From an uncultured Acidimicrobiaceae bacterium (GTDB lineage Bacteria > Actinomycetota > Acidimicrobiia > Acidimicrobiales > RAAP-2), in the NCBI GenBank assembly GCA_963830165.1, contig CAWHKZ010000004.1:37722-101721 (forward strand): a stretch of 64,000 bases of DNA. Direction: 5' to 3'. Position numbers and translations under genes: made by a program. The first letter of the stretch is position 1. Every line of letters begins with the position of its first letter. Below the pieces are notes generated by a model. That model saw only the letters and a program-made list of their open reading frames with translations, made no database searches and was not told the origin of the DNA. This document shows positions 26,501 to 36,249 of the stretch, in pieces.

Positions 26501-26962
26501 CGCGTGCCGGTCGATCGGCGGCGGATTCGGTCATGTGGTGGGAGGGCCTCGCGGAGCACGGGCACGGCACGGGGGGCGCGCCGGCGGCGGGGCCGGCAGG
26601 ATCCGGCCGTGGTCCGCTCCGGGCCCGGGTGGTTGTCAGCTGTGGTGCCCCCGTCGACCGGGTGGCCGCCGCGCCGTTGGACCGCCATAGTCCCTCCAAG
26701 CGACCGGGTTCCGCGGCGCCGGGGGGTTCGCCCCCTGGCACCGTGTCAGGCCGATCTCGCCATCACACCGGTCGACGGCAGGCGCCGATGCCGTCATCGA
26801 CGCGACGCACCGGGTACTCCGCAGCGAACCACGGGGCATCCCGGCCGCTTTCCGGTGGCCCTGCTCTCCACGGAGAGTCTCCCGTCGGCCACGACGGCCC
26901 GGCATCACGTGAATCCCATGACTGCCGATGCCCGGGCATCGGCCGCGGGTGTCGATCCCCGG

Positions 26963-27781
26963 TCAGGACTTACCCGCCTCGTACGTCTCGGTGAAGATGT
27001 CGCCCTGGGCCGCGGACGACCCTGATCTGCCACCTCCCGGACCACGCAGCACGAAGGCGACGACCACGGCGAGTACCGCTCCGGCGACGGGTCCGGCGAT
27101 GTAGACCCAGTAGCCGGTGAACGTCCCGCTGACGAGGTCGGGTCCGAACGTACGGGCCGGGTTCATCGAGGCACCCGAGATGGGGCTGCCCCACAGTCCG
27201 GCCAGAGCGATGTATCCCCCGACGCCCAAGGCACCGAAGAGACCGATGTTCTGGGCGCCTGACGCCGTGCCCAGGATCACACTGACCAGGCCCACCGTCA
27301 GGATCAGCTCCATCCAGAACGCCGAGATGTCGGAGTAGCCGTGCGCCGGGTAGTTCGACCCGTACATGGACGAGACGTGGACGACCGAGCGCAGGAAGAG
27401 GGCGGCGAGCGTGGCCCCGACGAGCTGCACGACGATGTAGCCCGGTACCCGCCGCCAGGGGAAGTCCCGGCGCAGGGCGAAGGCGATGCTGACGACCGGG
27501 TTCAGATGGGCACCGGAGACCCTGCCCATGAACAGGATGACGGCCAGCACGGTCAGCGCCGGCGCCACCACGGCGGCGGTGCGGCTGATCGCGCCCGGGA
27601 AGGCGTGCCCCATCATCCCCCCGCCGGCGGCCGCCAGCACCAGGAAGAACGTGCCCAGGAGTTCGGAGAAGAGCCGACGCCACTCCTGTCGTGGATCGTT
27701 GAAGTCGCTGATCCGGTCGATGATGTTCTGCTCGTAGCGGGCGATCGGTCCGAGCGTCGGTAGTTCCTGCGTCGCTGTCAT
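26963..27781 (-). CDS. MIP/aquaporin family channel
   Basis: There are six hydrophobic segments with SGAHLNPVVS and SGASMNPARTFGP (two NPx boxes). Confidence 0.9.
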   Translation of the reverse strand: MTATQELPTLGPIARYEQNIIDRISDFNDPRQEWRRLFSELLGTFFLVLAAAGGGMMGHAFPGAISRTAAVVAPALTVLAVILFMGRVSGAHLNPVVSIAFALRRDFPWRRVPGYIVVQLVGATLAALFLRSVVHVSSMYGSNYPAHGYSDISAFWMELILTVGLVSVILGTASGAQNIGLFGALGVGGYIALAGLWGSPISGASMNPARTFGPDLVSGTFTGYWVYIAGPVAGAVLAVVVAFVLRGPGGGRSGSSAAQGDIFTETYEAGKS

Positions 27782-28026
27782 CGCTGTTCACACCTTCCAG
27801 GCGTCGGGGACGTTGCGGGCAGTGCCGAGTTGCCGAGTCGGAAGACCGGGCAGACGTGTGGGCCACGCCGAGACCGCCGCGAGCAGTAGTAGCAACGGAA
27901 CGCGCGGTCCGCAACCAACATGGACGTCATCCGAACGTCGGGCCTGTCCCCGTGACAGGCGATCGACTCCGAGGTCTCACGCCTGTCGCGGCGGGGTCAT
28001 CGCCGCACGGCCGTGCCGTCGCCGCG

Positions 28027-30201
28027 TCAGCCCGACGATGTCGTCGACGCCGGAGTGGTCACCGGCAGCGACACCGGGGTGGTGGCCTGGGCGGTGGTCG
28101 TGGCCGGGGGGATAGCCGCCGGGGCGATCGGGTGGGTGGCCAGGTAGTTGAAGATGTCACCCACCACCGGAGCGGCGGCCGTGGCGCCGTAGCCGGCCTG
28201 GTCGATGACGCAGACCACCACGTACTGGGGGTCGGCCTCGGGCCCGAAACCGATGAACCAGGCCGTGGGCTCCTTGCCGATCTCGGTGTCGGCCGTACCG
28301 GTCTTGCCGGCCACCCCGCCGGGGAAGGTGCCCAGGCCGGGCACGCCGTAGCCGGTGCCGTGGGGACTCTGGACGACGCCCTCGAACCCGGTGAGGAGGG
28401 CCTGGTAGGTCGAGGGAGGCAGGCTCACGTGCCCTGTGACCTGGGGTGTGAACCGCTTCACGACCTTTCCGTTCGGGGTGACGATCGCCGCCGCCACCTG
28501 GGGGGCGTAACGGGTGCCGCCGTTGGCGAAGGTGGAGTACGCCACCGCCTGCTCGATGGGGGTGATGGCCGTGGCGCCCTGGCCGAAGGCCATCTCGACG
28601 TTGTCACCGGTGTACCAGGTGGTGTTGGGGAACGCCGTGGGAGCCTCGGCGTGCAGCTTCTGGCGCTCGGCCTGGCTGTCGACCCGCCCCTGGGTCTCGA
28701 AGGGCAGGTCGATGCCGGTCAGCTCTCCCAGGCCGTACTGCATGGCCTGATCCTGGATCGGGGTGGGTCCGTACTGGCCCGTCGACTCGTAGGCGTCCCA
28801 GAACTCGGCGCCGAGGTTGTAGAAGAAGTCGTCGTCGGAGACGGTGATGGCGGTGGAGATGTCGATGTCGCCCAGCGCACCGTCGCCGGGGGCGTTGGCC
28901 AGGGTGCAGGTGGTCGATCCGCCCGAGCAGCCGGGCACGGTGAACGTGCCCCTGTCGTCGTAGAGATCCGTCGGTGACCACAGGCCGAGGTCGAGGGCGG
29001 CCGTGGCCGTGTTCAGCTTGAAGGTGGAGCCCGGGGTGTACTCGCCCTGGATGGCGTAGTTGTTCTGGGCGCCGCTGGCGTTGAGGGCGGCGTACTCGGG
29101 CGTCGAGATCCCGCCCACCCAGACGCTCGGGTCGTAGGTCGGGTACGAGGACATGGCGTAGACCGCGCCCGTCTGGGGGTCCATCACCACCACTGCCCCG
29201 GTGTCCGCCGGGGGATGGCAGCCCGCGTTGTTGTTGCAGGTGGGGTCGGTGGTCTGGCGCAGGTGCATGATCTGGGTGGCCAGGGCGTTGTCGGCCACCT
29301 GCTGGAGGTTGGTGTCGATGTTGGTGACGACGTCGTCGCCGGGCTCGGCCGCCACCGTCTTCATCACGCCGGCCACCTGGCCCTGGGGATCCACCTCGAG
29401 CTCCTGCTTGCCCGGGGTGCCGTGGAGCTCCGGCTCGTACTGGTACTCGAGCCCCGACTGCCCGAAGGCGTCGCCGGCCTGGTAGCCCTGGGAGGCCCGC
29501 GACTTCAGCTCGGCGCCGTTGATGGTGCCCACATAGCCGAGCACCTGGGCCGCCGGGTACCCACCCTGGGCCGGGCCGGGCAGCTCCAGCTGGGGGTACG
29601 AGCGCTGCGTGGTCTGGACCGAGGACACCCCGGGGAACTCGGAGGGGTGCTCCCTGATGTAGAGGATGTCGGACACCGGGGCGTCGTCCATGATCGGGGC
29701 CGGCTTGTAGATGCTGTACTGCTCGTTGTCGAGGGCGTCCTGCACCTGGGCCGTCGTCTGCCCCACCAGGGCGGCCAGGTTGCCGACGACCCACGGGTCC
29801 TGGGTGGCGGTCACCCGGGACAGGGTGATCTGCTCGGTCACCACGTTGGTCACCAGCGGATTGCCGTTGCGGTCCAGGATCAGCCCCCGGGTCGGCTCGA
29901 TGGCCACGGTGCGGATCTGGTTGGCCACCACGGCATGGGCGGCGGCCGGGGCCTGGAGCACCTGGAGGGCCCACAGCCGCAGGCCGAGCAGGGCGAAGAG
30001 CACCACCACGGAGATCCCCACGATGCGGAGGCGCAGGCCCGGCCGGGACTCGGTGGTGTCGGGGGCGTCCAGCATCGCCTCCACCGAGAAGCGACTCGCC
30101 CGCATCCTCGGCTGACGGGCCTTGGATCTGGCGGGCTTGACCGCTCCGGAGGAGCCGAAGATCCGCTTGTCGCCGAAAGGATGCCGTAGTGAGCGGCTCA
30201 C
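28027..30201 (-). CDS. Class B penicillin-binding protein (PBP2-type transpeptidase)
   Basis: N-terminal TM anchor followed by a PBP dimerisation domain. The transpeptidase motifs are STFK (PGSTFKLNT), SDD/SxN-like and KTGT (GKTGTADT). The C-terminal tail is Thr/Pro-rich. Confidence 0.9.
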   Translation of the reverse strand: MSRSLRHPFGDKRIFGSSGAVKPARSKARQPRMRASRFSVEAMLDAPDTTESRPGLRLRIVGISVVVLFALLGLRLWALQVLQAPAAAHAVVANQIRTVAIEPTRGLILDRNGNPLVTNVVTEQITLSRVTATQDPWVVGNLAALVGQTTAQVQDALDNEQYSIYKPAPIMDDAPVSDILYIREHPSEFPGVSSVQTTQRSYPQLELPGPAQGGYPAAQVLGYVGTINGAELKSRASQGYQAGDAFGQSGLEYQYEPELHGTPGKQELEVDPQGQVAGVMKTVAAEPGDDVVTNIDTNLQQVADNALATQIMHLRQTTDPTCNNNAGCHPPADTGAVVVMDPQTGAVYAMSSYPTYDPSVWVGGISTPEYAALNASGAQNNYAIQGEYTPGSTFKLNTATAALDLGLWSPTDLYDDRGTFTVPGCSGGSTTCTLANAPGDGALGDIDISTAITVSDDDFFYNLGAEFWDAYESTGQYGPTPIQDQAMQYGLGELTGIDLPFETQGRVDSQAERQKLHAEAPTAFPNTTWYTGDNVEMAFGQGATAITPIEQAVAYSTFANGGTRYAPQVAAAIVTPNGKVVKRFTPQVTGHVSLPPSTYQALLTGFEGVVQSPHGTGYGVPGLGTFPGGVAGKTGTADTEIGKEPTAWFIGFGPEADPQYVVVCVIDQAGYGATAAAPVVGDIFNYLATHPIAPAAIPPATTTAQATTPVSLPVTTPASTTSSG

Positions 30202-30324
30202 GGCGCCCAGTATCCCAGGTGGCGGGCCCGGTCACCGGTCGACCTTCCGGGCCGACGTTCGCCGCCCCTCAAGGGGCAGGCCGTAGCTGTCGATGGAGTG
30301 ACGACGGGCCGGGAGCACGGGACC

Positions 30325-30350
30325 ACGGATCGACGGATCGACGGATCGAC
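30325..30350. repeat. Tandem octamer (ACGGATCG)x3 in the PBP/GT2 divergent intergenic region
   Basis: Read directly: acggatcgacggatcgacggatcgac. Each unit carries a GATC. Confidence 0.9.
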
Positions 30351-30555
30351 CGCGCCTTCCGCCAGCCCGCCGAAATTGCCGAGCGGCTCGAGCGGTGTGA
30401 GCCGGCAGGACCGACGACAGGTATGCACGCGTGCAGCACCGAGTGAATCCGAAGGACAGCTCGTTGCGGCCCTCCACAGGACGGAAGGCGCTGTGACACA
30501 TGTACTCGAACCCCGGGTCGATCTCGGATCGATCGGGCCCGCTACGACACCCGGC

Positions 30556-31896
30556 ATGCACCGCCCCTACGAGGTGCCTCCACCCTCGGCGCCGCGTTTC
30601 TACGTCTCCGTCCGGGTCAAGTTCGCCCTGGCGGTCGCCTTCGCCTGCGCGTGGCTGGGCGTGTCGATCTGGCTCTCGATCCCCTGGATCGATGGACTGG
30701 CGACGCACATCCCGCTCGCCGCCGCCGTCGTCATCGTCACCCTGTTGGCCTTCCTCCCGGGATTCGTCGTGGCCCTGTTGTTCGCCTCCCTCGTGATGGA
30801 CAGGCAACCGTCGTTCAAGGTGGCGTCACCGACGACGGGCGTCACCGTGCTCATCGCCGCCCGCAACGAGGAGGGTGCGATCGGTGACACCGTCCACTCG
30901 TTGGCGAACCAGGACTACGCGGGCCGATATGCCGTCGTCCTCGTCGACAACGGCTCCACCGACCGGACGATCGCCGTAGCCCGGGAGGCGGCGGCCGAAG
31001 CCGGACTCGACCTCACGATCATCTCCGAAGGTGAGCCCGGCAAGAACCACGCCCTCAATACCGGTCTGGCCCGCGTCACCACGGAGTTGGTCGTCACCGT
31101 CGATGCCGACACCCTGCTGCAGCGCTCGGCCGTCCGACTGCTCGTCGCCCGGCTCGAGTCGTCGCCGCCCGAGGTCGCTGCCGTGGCCGGGTGCGTGCTC
31201 GTGCGCAACAGCCGGAGCACGTTCTGGAGTCGGCTCCAGACGTGGGACTACTTCCTCGGGATCGCCTCGGTCAAGCGGATGCAGGGCCTGTTCCAGACCA
31301 CGCTCGTCGCCCAGGGGGCGTTCAGTCTCTACCGCGCCTCCTCGCTCCGGGACGCGGGGGGATGGCCCGACGCCATCGGCGAGGACATCGTCCTCACCTG
31401 GAAAATCATGGAGCAGGGCGCCCGCGTCTACTTCGAGCCCCTGGCGGTCGGGTTCACCAGTGTTCCCGAGACCTTCACGGTCTTCGCCCGCCAGCGGTCG
31501 CGCTGGTCCCGGGGGATGATCGAAGGCCTCCGCGCCGTGCCCCCGTGGCGCCAGCAGCACGGCCTGGCCAAGGTGTTCACCGGCCTCGACGTGGCCATCC
31601 CGTTCCTCGACGCCGCCTACGTGTTCCTCTGGATACCCGGGCTGGTGCTGGCCTGCTTCGGCAAGTTCTGGATCGTGGGCCCGATGACGATCGCCGTCAT
31701 CCCCCTCACCCTGGCCGTCTACGCGGTGCTCTACCACTACCAGAACAAGCGGGTGTTCAAGCCACTCGGGCTCCGGGTCAGGCGGAACCGGCTCTACTTC
31801 TTCCTCTTCGTGGTGGTCTACCAGCTGTTCATGTCGACGTTCTCGGTGATCGGCTACGCGCAGGAACTCACCGGGCGGAACCGGCGCTGGAAGTGA
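30556..31896 (+). CDS. Processive family-2 glycosyltransferase (PgaC / chitin / hyaluronan-synthase-like membrane synthase)
   Basis: VTVLIAARNEE..., VTVDADT (DxD), GEDIVLTW and the FARQRSRWSRG (Q-x-x-R-W) motif are flanked by TM helices. The ATG at 30556 is an internal Met of ORF 30298..31896. A GTG at 30493 is also possible. Confidence 0.85.
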   Translation: MHRPYEVPPPSAPRFYVSVRVKFALAVAFACAWLGVSIWLSIPWIDGLATHIPLAAAVVIVTLLAFLPGFVVALLFASLVMDRQPSFKVASPTTGVTVLIAARNEEGAIGDTVHSLANQDYAGRYAVVLVDNGSTDRTIAVAREAAAEAGLDLTIISEGEPGKNHALNTGLARVTTELVVTVDADTLLQRSAVRLLVARLESSPPEVAAVAGCVLVRNSRSTFWSRLQTWDYFLGIASVKRMQGLFQTTLVAQGAFSLYRASSLRDAGGWPDAIGEDIVLTWKIMEQGARVYFEPLAVGFTSVPETFTVFARQRSRWSRGMIEGLRAVPPWRQQHGLAKVFTGLDVAIPFLDAAYVFLWIPGLVLACFGKFWIVGPMTIAVIPLTLAVYAVLYHYQNKRVFKPLGLRVRRNRLYFFLFVVVYQLFMSTFSVIGYAQELTGRNRRWK

Positions 31897-31933
31897 GCTG
31901 GTCGACCTGTCGGCGAACCGTTGCGTTCCCGTG

Positions 31934-32650
31934 TCAGCGTCCGGCGCTCTGGCCACCGTCGACGTGCAGGACCTCACCGGTGACGAACGGTGACGATTCC
32001 AGGAAGAGGATGCCGTCGACGATGTCTCCCACCTGGCCCACGTGGCCGAGAGGAGGGAGCTGTGTGCCGAGTCCGGCGTAGCTCTCCACCGGGTGCTCAG
32101 GCGTCTGGATGACTCCCGGGGAGACGGCGTTCACCCGGATGCCGCGGGAGGCGTACTCGATGGCCAGCGACCTCGTGGCCGAGGCGAGGCCACCCTTGGT
32201 GAGTGCGGTCAGGACCGAAGGCGCGCTCGAGTTGGCGTAGTCGGCCAGAGTGCTGGTGGTGTTGACGATGTGGCCGCCTCCCAGCTTCAGCATCTCCACG
32301 ATGACGCGCTGCGTGAGCGTGAAGAATCCGGTGAGATTGACCCCGACCACGCCGCCATAGTCGTCGGCGGTGTACTCGGTGAACGGTTTGGAGATGTACA
32401 CCCCGGCATTGTTGATGAGGGTGTCGATCCGGCCGAAGCGCGCCAGTGCCCCGCTGACGATCCGGTCGGTGGTGTCGGAGTCCGCTATGTCCCCGACGAC
32501 GGTGAGGACAGCTGGATCCCCTTCGGGCTCGATCGACCGGGAGGTGGCCACGATCGCCCAGCCCCGCCGCCGGAACTCGGCGACGAGGCCGGCGCCGATG
32601 CCCTGTGAAGCTCCCGTGATGATGACGACCTTGCGGTCTTCCGTGCTCAT
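31934..32650 (-). CDS. SDR family oxidoreductase
   Basis: VVIITGASQGIGAG (TGxxxGxG), NNAG and the C-terminal GEVLHVDGG are present. Confidence 0.9.
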   Translation of the reverse strand: MSTEDRKVVIITGASQGIGAGLVAEFRRRGWAIVATSRSIEPEGDPAVLTVVGDIADSDTTDRIVSGALARFGRIDTLINNAGVYISKPFTEYTADDYGGVVGVNLTGFFTLTQRVIVEMLKLGGGHIVNTTSTLADYANSSAPSVLTALTKGGLASATRSLAIEYASRGIRVNAVSPGVIQTPEHPVESYAGLGTQLPPLGHVGQVGDIVDGILFLESSPFVTGEVLHVDGGQSAGR

Positions 32651-32765
32651 GGCCTCTCCCCACTGGTGGACGCCGGATCACTGCGGTCTCGGGTGAGTGG
32701 CGGCGTGTGGTCGCCCGTCCGGGCGGACGACGATGTCCAGGGCGATCTGCCGGGTGCGCCAGACG

Positions 32766-34697
32766 TCACGTCGGAGTCCTGTCGGCAGGAATCGGTGTTC
32801 CGGGAGACGCGTCCGCAGGTGACGGTTGGCGTCGTTCTGCCTCGGAGATGGCCCAGGCCGCGTTGACGAGCCCGATGTGGCTGAAGGCCTGGGGGAAGTT
32901 GCCGAGGAGCTCGCCGCTGACGGGATCGACCTCCTCGGCCAGCAGCCCGACGTCGTTGACGAAGGCCGCCGCCCGCTCGAAGACCTCGCGGGCCCGAGCC
33001 GTCCGACCGGCCGTCGCCAGGGCCTGGGCCAGCCAGAAGGTGCACAGGAGGAACGTGCCCTCCTCGCCGTCGAGCCCGTCGTGGGCCCGGTAGCGGTACA
33101 CGAGTCCCCGCTCGTCGGTCAGACGCTCTTCGGTCGCGTCGATGGTGGCGAGCACCCTGGGTTCGTCGGCCGGAAGGAACCCGACCAGCGGGAGCATCAG
33201 GTTGGAGGCGTCGAGCTCGTCCGAGTCGAAGGACTGGGTGAAGGCCCCGGCCCGGTCGCTCCAGCCCCGGTCCAGGATCGCCTCGCGGATCCGGGTCCGA
33301 GTCTGTCCCCAGGCCTCCACCCGGTCGGGGACGCCGAGACGGTCGGCCAGGCCGACCGCCCGGTCCAGGGCCACCCAGCACATCAGCTTGGAGTACACGA
33401 AGTCGCGAGGCTCGACCCGCACCTCCCAGATCCCTTGGTCCTTTTCCTGCCAGCGCCGGGCGACGGTGTCGGCCAGCTGGACGAAGAATCGACGTGTGGC
33501 CGGGGCCAGATCGGGAGGCGCCCCCCATGTCGCCGGAGCGGCCATCGGACCGACCCGGGAGGTGTCGTCGAACAGGTGGTCCGAGAGGCGGTCCACGGCT
33601 CCGAGCAACTCCCCGTAGACGTCGAGTTGCCGCTGGTTCCAGGCACCGTTACCGACCCTGACGGGGGCGGAGTGTCGCCAGCCCTCCAAGTGGGGCAGCT
33701 CCCGTTCGGTCAGGTCCCGTTCGCCGCCGATGCCGAACATGATCTGCAGGTCACCGCCCTGGTCGAGCGAGCCGGCCGCGGAGGAGGTCACGTAGTCGAA
33801 GTACTGGTTGGCCTCGTCAGGACAGGCCGCCACCCAGAGGGCCTCGATCGTGAACGACGCGTCCCGCACCCAGGAATAGCGGTAGTCCCAGTTGCGGGCG
33901 CCGCCCACCACCTCCGGCAGGGACGTGGTCGCCGCCGCGCAGATCGCGCCGGTGGGTGCGAACGTGAGCGACTGGAGCACACGCCCGCTGTGGTGCACCA
34001 GATCTCGCCACGGGCCTACGTAGGCCTGGTGGAGGTCCGACCACGACTCCCAGGCCGATGCGGTGTCTTCGAGCCGTCCGCCGATCTCGGTTTGGCCCCA
34101 GACCCTGGCTGGGCCCGTGTCGGCCCGGTGGCTGTAGTGCAGGGCGAAGCCCGCATGGTCTCCGTGGCCGAGCCGCAGCACGCAGGAGACCGCTGACCGG
34201 TCGACGGTCAGGTCGACGGGGGACGAGAGGGCCAGCTCGTCGGCGCCGACGAAGGTGGCCACTCCACCGTCGAGGAGTTCGAACCGGGGACGGACCAGGC
34301 CGTAGTCAGGCCGAGGGACGTACTCCATGGTCAACTCCACGTCTCCCTCGACGCACATTGCACGCCGAATCAGCAGATGCGGCGCTCCTCTGCCGAGGTC
34401 GTGCCCTCGGTTGCCCTCGCCCATGGCCAGGGTGTCAGTGATCACCACGGTGCCCGTCGGGGTGTGGAATGTGGTCTCCAACACCATGGTGCGGTCGAGG
34501 TAGCGGCGGGTGACGTGCGTGGCACTCCCGGCCCGGATCGACCAGTGACCTGCGTCGTCACCGACGAGGCGACCGAAGACCGACGGGCTGTCGAAGCGGG
34601 GGAAGCACAGCCAGTCGATCGAGCCGTCCACGCTCACCAGCGCCGCGCTGTGCCGATCCGAGAGGACCGCATACTCGGCAATCGGAGTCGTGCTCAT
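32766..34697 (-). CDS. Glycoside hydrolase family 15 (glucoamylase/trehalase-like)
   Basis: IAEYAVLSDRHSAALVSVDGSIDWLCFPRFDSPSVFGRL..., NWDYRYSWVRDASF and LLAEEVDP...GELLGNFPQAFSHIGLVNAA are GH15 hallmarks. Confidence 0.9.
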   Translation of the reverse strand: MSTTPIAEYAVLSDRHSAALVSVDGSIDWLCFPRFDSPSVFGRLVGDDAGHWSIRAGSATHVTRRYLDRTMVLETTFHTPTGTVVITDTLAMGEGNRGHDLGRGAPHLLIRRAMCVEGDVELTMEYVPRPDYGLVRPRFELLDGGVATFVGADELALSSPVDLTVDRSAVSCVLRLGHGDHAGFALHYSHRADTGPARVWGQTEIGGRLEDTASAWESWSDLHQAYVGPWRDLVHHSGRVLQSLTFAPTGAICAAATTSLPEVVGGARNWDYRYSWVRDASFTIEALWVAACPDEANQYFDYVTSSAAGSLDQGGDLQIMFGIGGERDLTERELPHLEGWRHSAPVRVGNGAWNQRQLDVYGELLGAVDRLSDHLFDDTSRVGPMAAPATWGAPPDLAPATRRFFVQLADTVARRWQEKDQGIWEVRVEPRDFVYSKLMCWVALDRAVGLADRLGVPDRVEAWGQTRTRIREAILDRGWSDRAGAFTQSFDSDELDASNLMLPLVGFLPADEPRVLATIDATEERLTDERGLVYRYRAHDGLDGEEGTFLLCTFWLAQALATAGRTARAREVFERAAAFVNDVGLLAEEVDPVSGELLGNFPQAFSHIGLVNAAWAISEAERRQPSPADASPGTPIPADRTPT

Positions 34698-34935
34698 GTG
34701 AGCTCCTTCGCCACCGGTTCACAACGCTAACCCTCTGTGGAAGAATTCCACCACCCCGACGGAGGTGTCCCGCAGGCGGAGCAAACCGCACGTCGAGTCG
34801 TCGGGGCGTCGGGTCTGTCCCCTGTCGAACCGGGAGGTCCACCGATGACGAAGATCCACGACCGAGGCCGACCCGTCCGTGGGATCGCCGGACCTCGCAG
34901 GGTGCCGGCGCTCGATTGAAGGTCTGGAGCAGACG

Positions 34936-35367
34936 ATGAACTTTCAGGGCGTCATAGTGAACGTGACCGATCTCGAACGGTCCATCGACTTCTACCGCGA
35001 GGTGCTCGACTTCACGCTGCTGTCCCAGAGCGATCAGCTGGCGGCCGTGAATGCTCCAGGCTCAGACGGGGCCCAGGTCCTGGTGCTACGAGCGCAGGGA
35101 AGTAGTCCCATGGCAGGGGCCCGTCACGTCGGCCTGCGGGCCTTCGTCCTGGAAGTCGACTCGGCCGACCAACAGGAACGGATCGCCGGTGAGTTGGAGG
35201 CTCGGAACGCACTCCTCACCCGCCATGAGACCGGCGAGTGGACGGCGGTGGTGGGTCGCGACCCCGACGGGGTGGCCATGGTCGTGACGTGGCAGCGCGG
35301 CGGGACCGAAACTGCGGAGCGCAGCTGGGGGACCCTCGACGACTTTCTCTACGGAATCGGCGAGTAG
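34936..35367 (+). CDS. VOC (glyoxalase/bleomycin resistance/dioxygenase) family protein
   Basis: MNFQGVIVNVTDLERSIDFYREVLDFTLL... is typical of VOC proteins. Internal Met of ORF 34879..35367. Confidence 0.8.
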   Translation: MNFQGVIVNVTDLERSIDFYREVLDFTLLSQSDQLAAVNAPGSDGAQVLVLRAQGSSPMAGARHVGLRAFVLEVDSADQQERIAGELEARNALLTRHETGEWTAVVGRDPDGVAMVVTWQRGGTETAERSWGTLDDFLYGIGE

Positions 35368-35414
35368 GCGAACACGGGGACCGTCGATGAGGACGGAACC
35401 GGCGGGCCCCTTCG

Positions 35415-36065
35415 ATGGGCCCGAAGAGTGAGGAGGAAGAGACATTGCGAACGGACATCGTCGTCGGCGCCAACTTCCCCGACTACCAGCTGGAAGACCA
35501 GTCCGGTGTCCAACGGAGGCTCTCCGAGCTCCAGGGCGGCAACCCGATGGTCCTCCATCTGTCGCGCGGGTCGTACGACCCCAAAGAGCATCGATTCCTC
35601 AGGAACCTGGTGGAGAGCTACCCGGAATTCCGGGTCGCCTACACGCGGCTGGTCGTCATCTCCACCGACAACCCGCTCAACCTGAACGAGTTCCGCGACT
35701 CCCTCGGCGCCTCATGGCCATTCCTGGGTGACCCGGAGAGGACGGTGCAGCGCGATCTCGACATCGAGGAGTTCACGGATCCGCACGATCCCATGATCCC
35801 CCACACCTTCGTGCTCGAGCCGGGACTCCGAATCTTTCGCATCTACAACGGCTACTGGTACTGGGGTCGACCGACGATGGACGAGCTGCACGTGGACCTA
35901 CGCGCACTGCTGCAGAACATCCGTCCGGACTTCGACCTGGGTGCGCCCGGCCTGCGCGAGGCCTGGGATCGAGGGGATCGGGAGATGTTTCTCGTCGACA
36001 CGCTCGACGAGCCGATCCGATTCACCGAAGGCGGGGCCATCGGGATCAAGCGGGGTGGCCTGTAG
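35415..36065 (+). CDS. Redoxin/peroxiredoxin-fold protein that contains no cysteine
   Basis: FPDYQLEDQSGVQRRLSELQGGNPMVLHLSRGSYDPKEHRF aligns to the Prx P-x3-T-x2-C region with Asp in place of Cys. The start may instead be the TTG at 35445, which has GAGGAGGAAG 5-6 nt upstream. Confidence 0.7.
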   Translation: MGPKSEEEETLRTDIVVGANFPDYQLEDQSGVQRRLSELQGGNPMVLHLSRGSYDPKEHRFLRNLVESYPEFRVAYTRLVVISTDNPLNLNEFRDSLGASWPFLGDPERTVQRDLDIEEFTDPHDPMIPHTFVLEPGLRIFRIYNGYWYWGRPTMDELHVDLRALLQNIRPDFDLGAPGLREAWDRGDREMFLVDTLDEPIRFTEGGAIGIKRGGL

Positions 36066-36249
36066 CCACGCGGGAACGAGTTGCCGTCCGACGCCGGGCC
36101 CACCCGGGAGCCGGTCGCGGACGTGTCGGGCACGGAAGGCGAGTCGCGATGAGCACGTTCAGACAGGAGGTCAGGATGACAGTGGCCCGAGTTCGACCGA
36201 ACGCCGATATCGGACGGGGCAGACCGGTGGAGAACGGACCACACGGGCG

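Noticed and set aside
26636-26908. 90-aa ORF (and the overlapping 26443..26688 and 26058..26741 ORFs) in the gap upstream of the YdeP-type gene.
   Set aside because: The translations are Arg-rich and implausible. Third-position GC looked lower than I would expect for real genes (about 76% by my rough count, with no comparison gene tallied), and there is no SD. I treated the region as non-coding leader.
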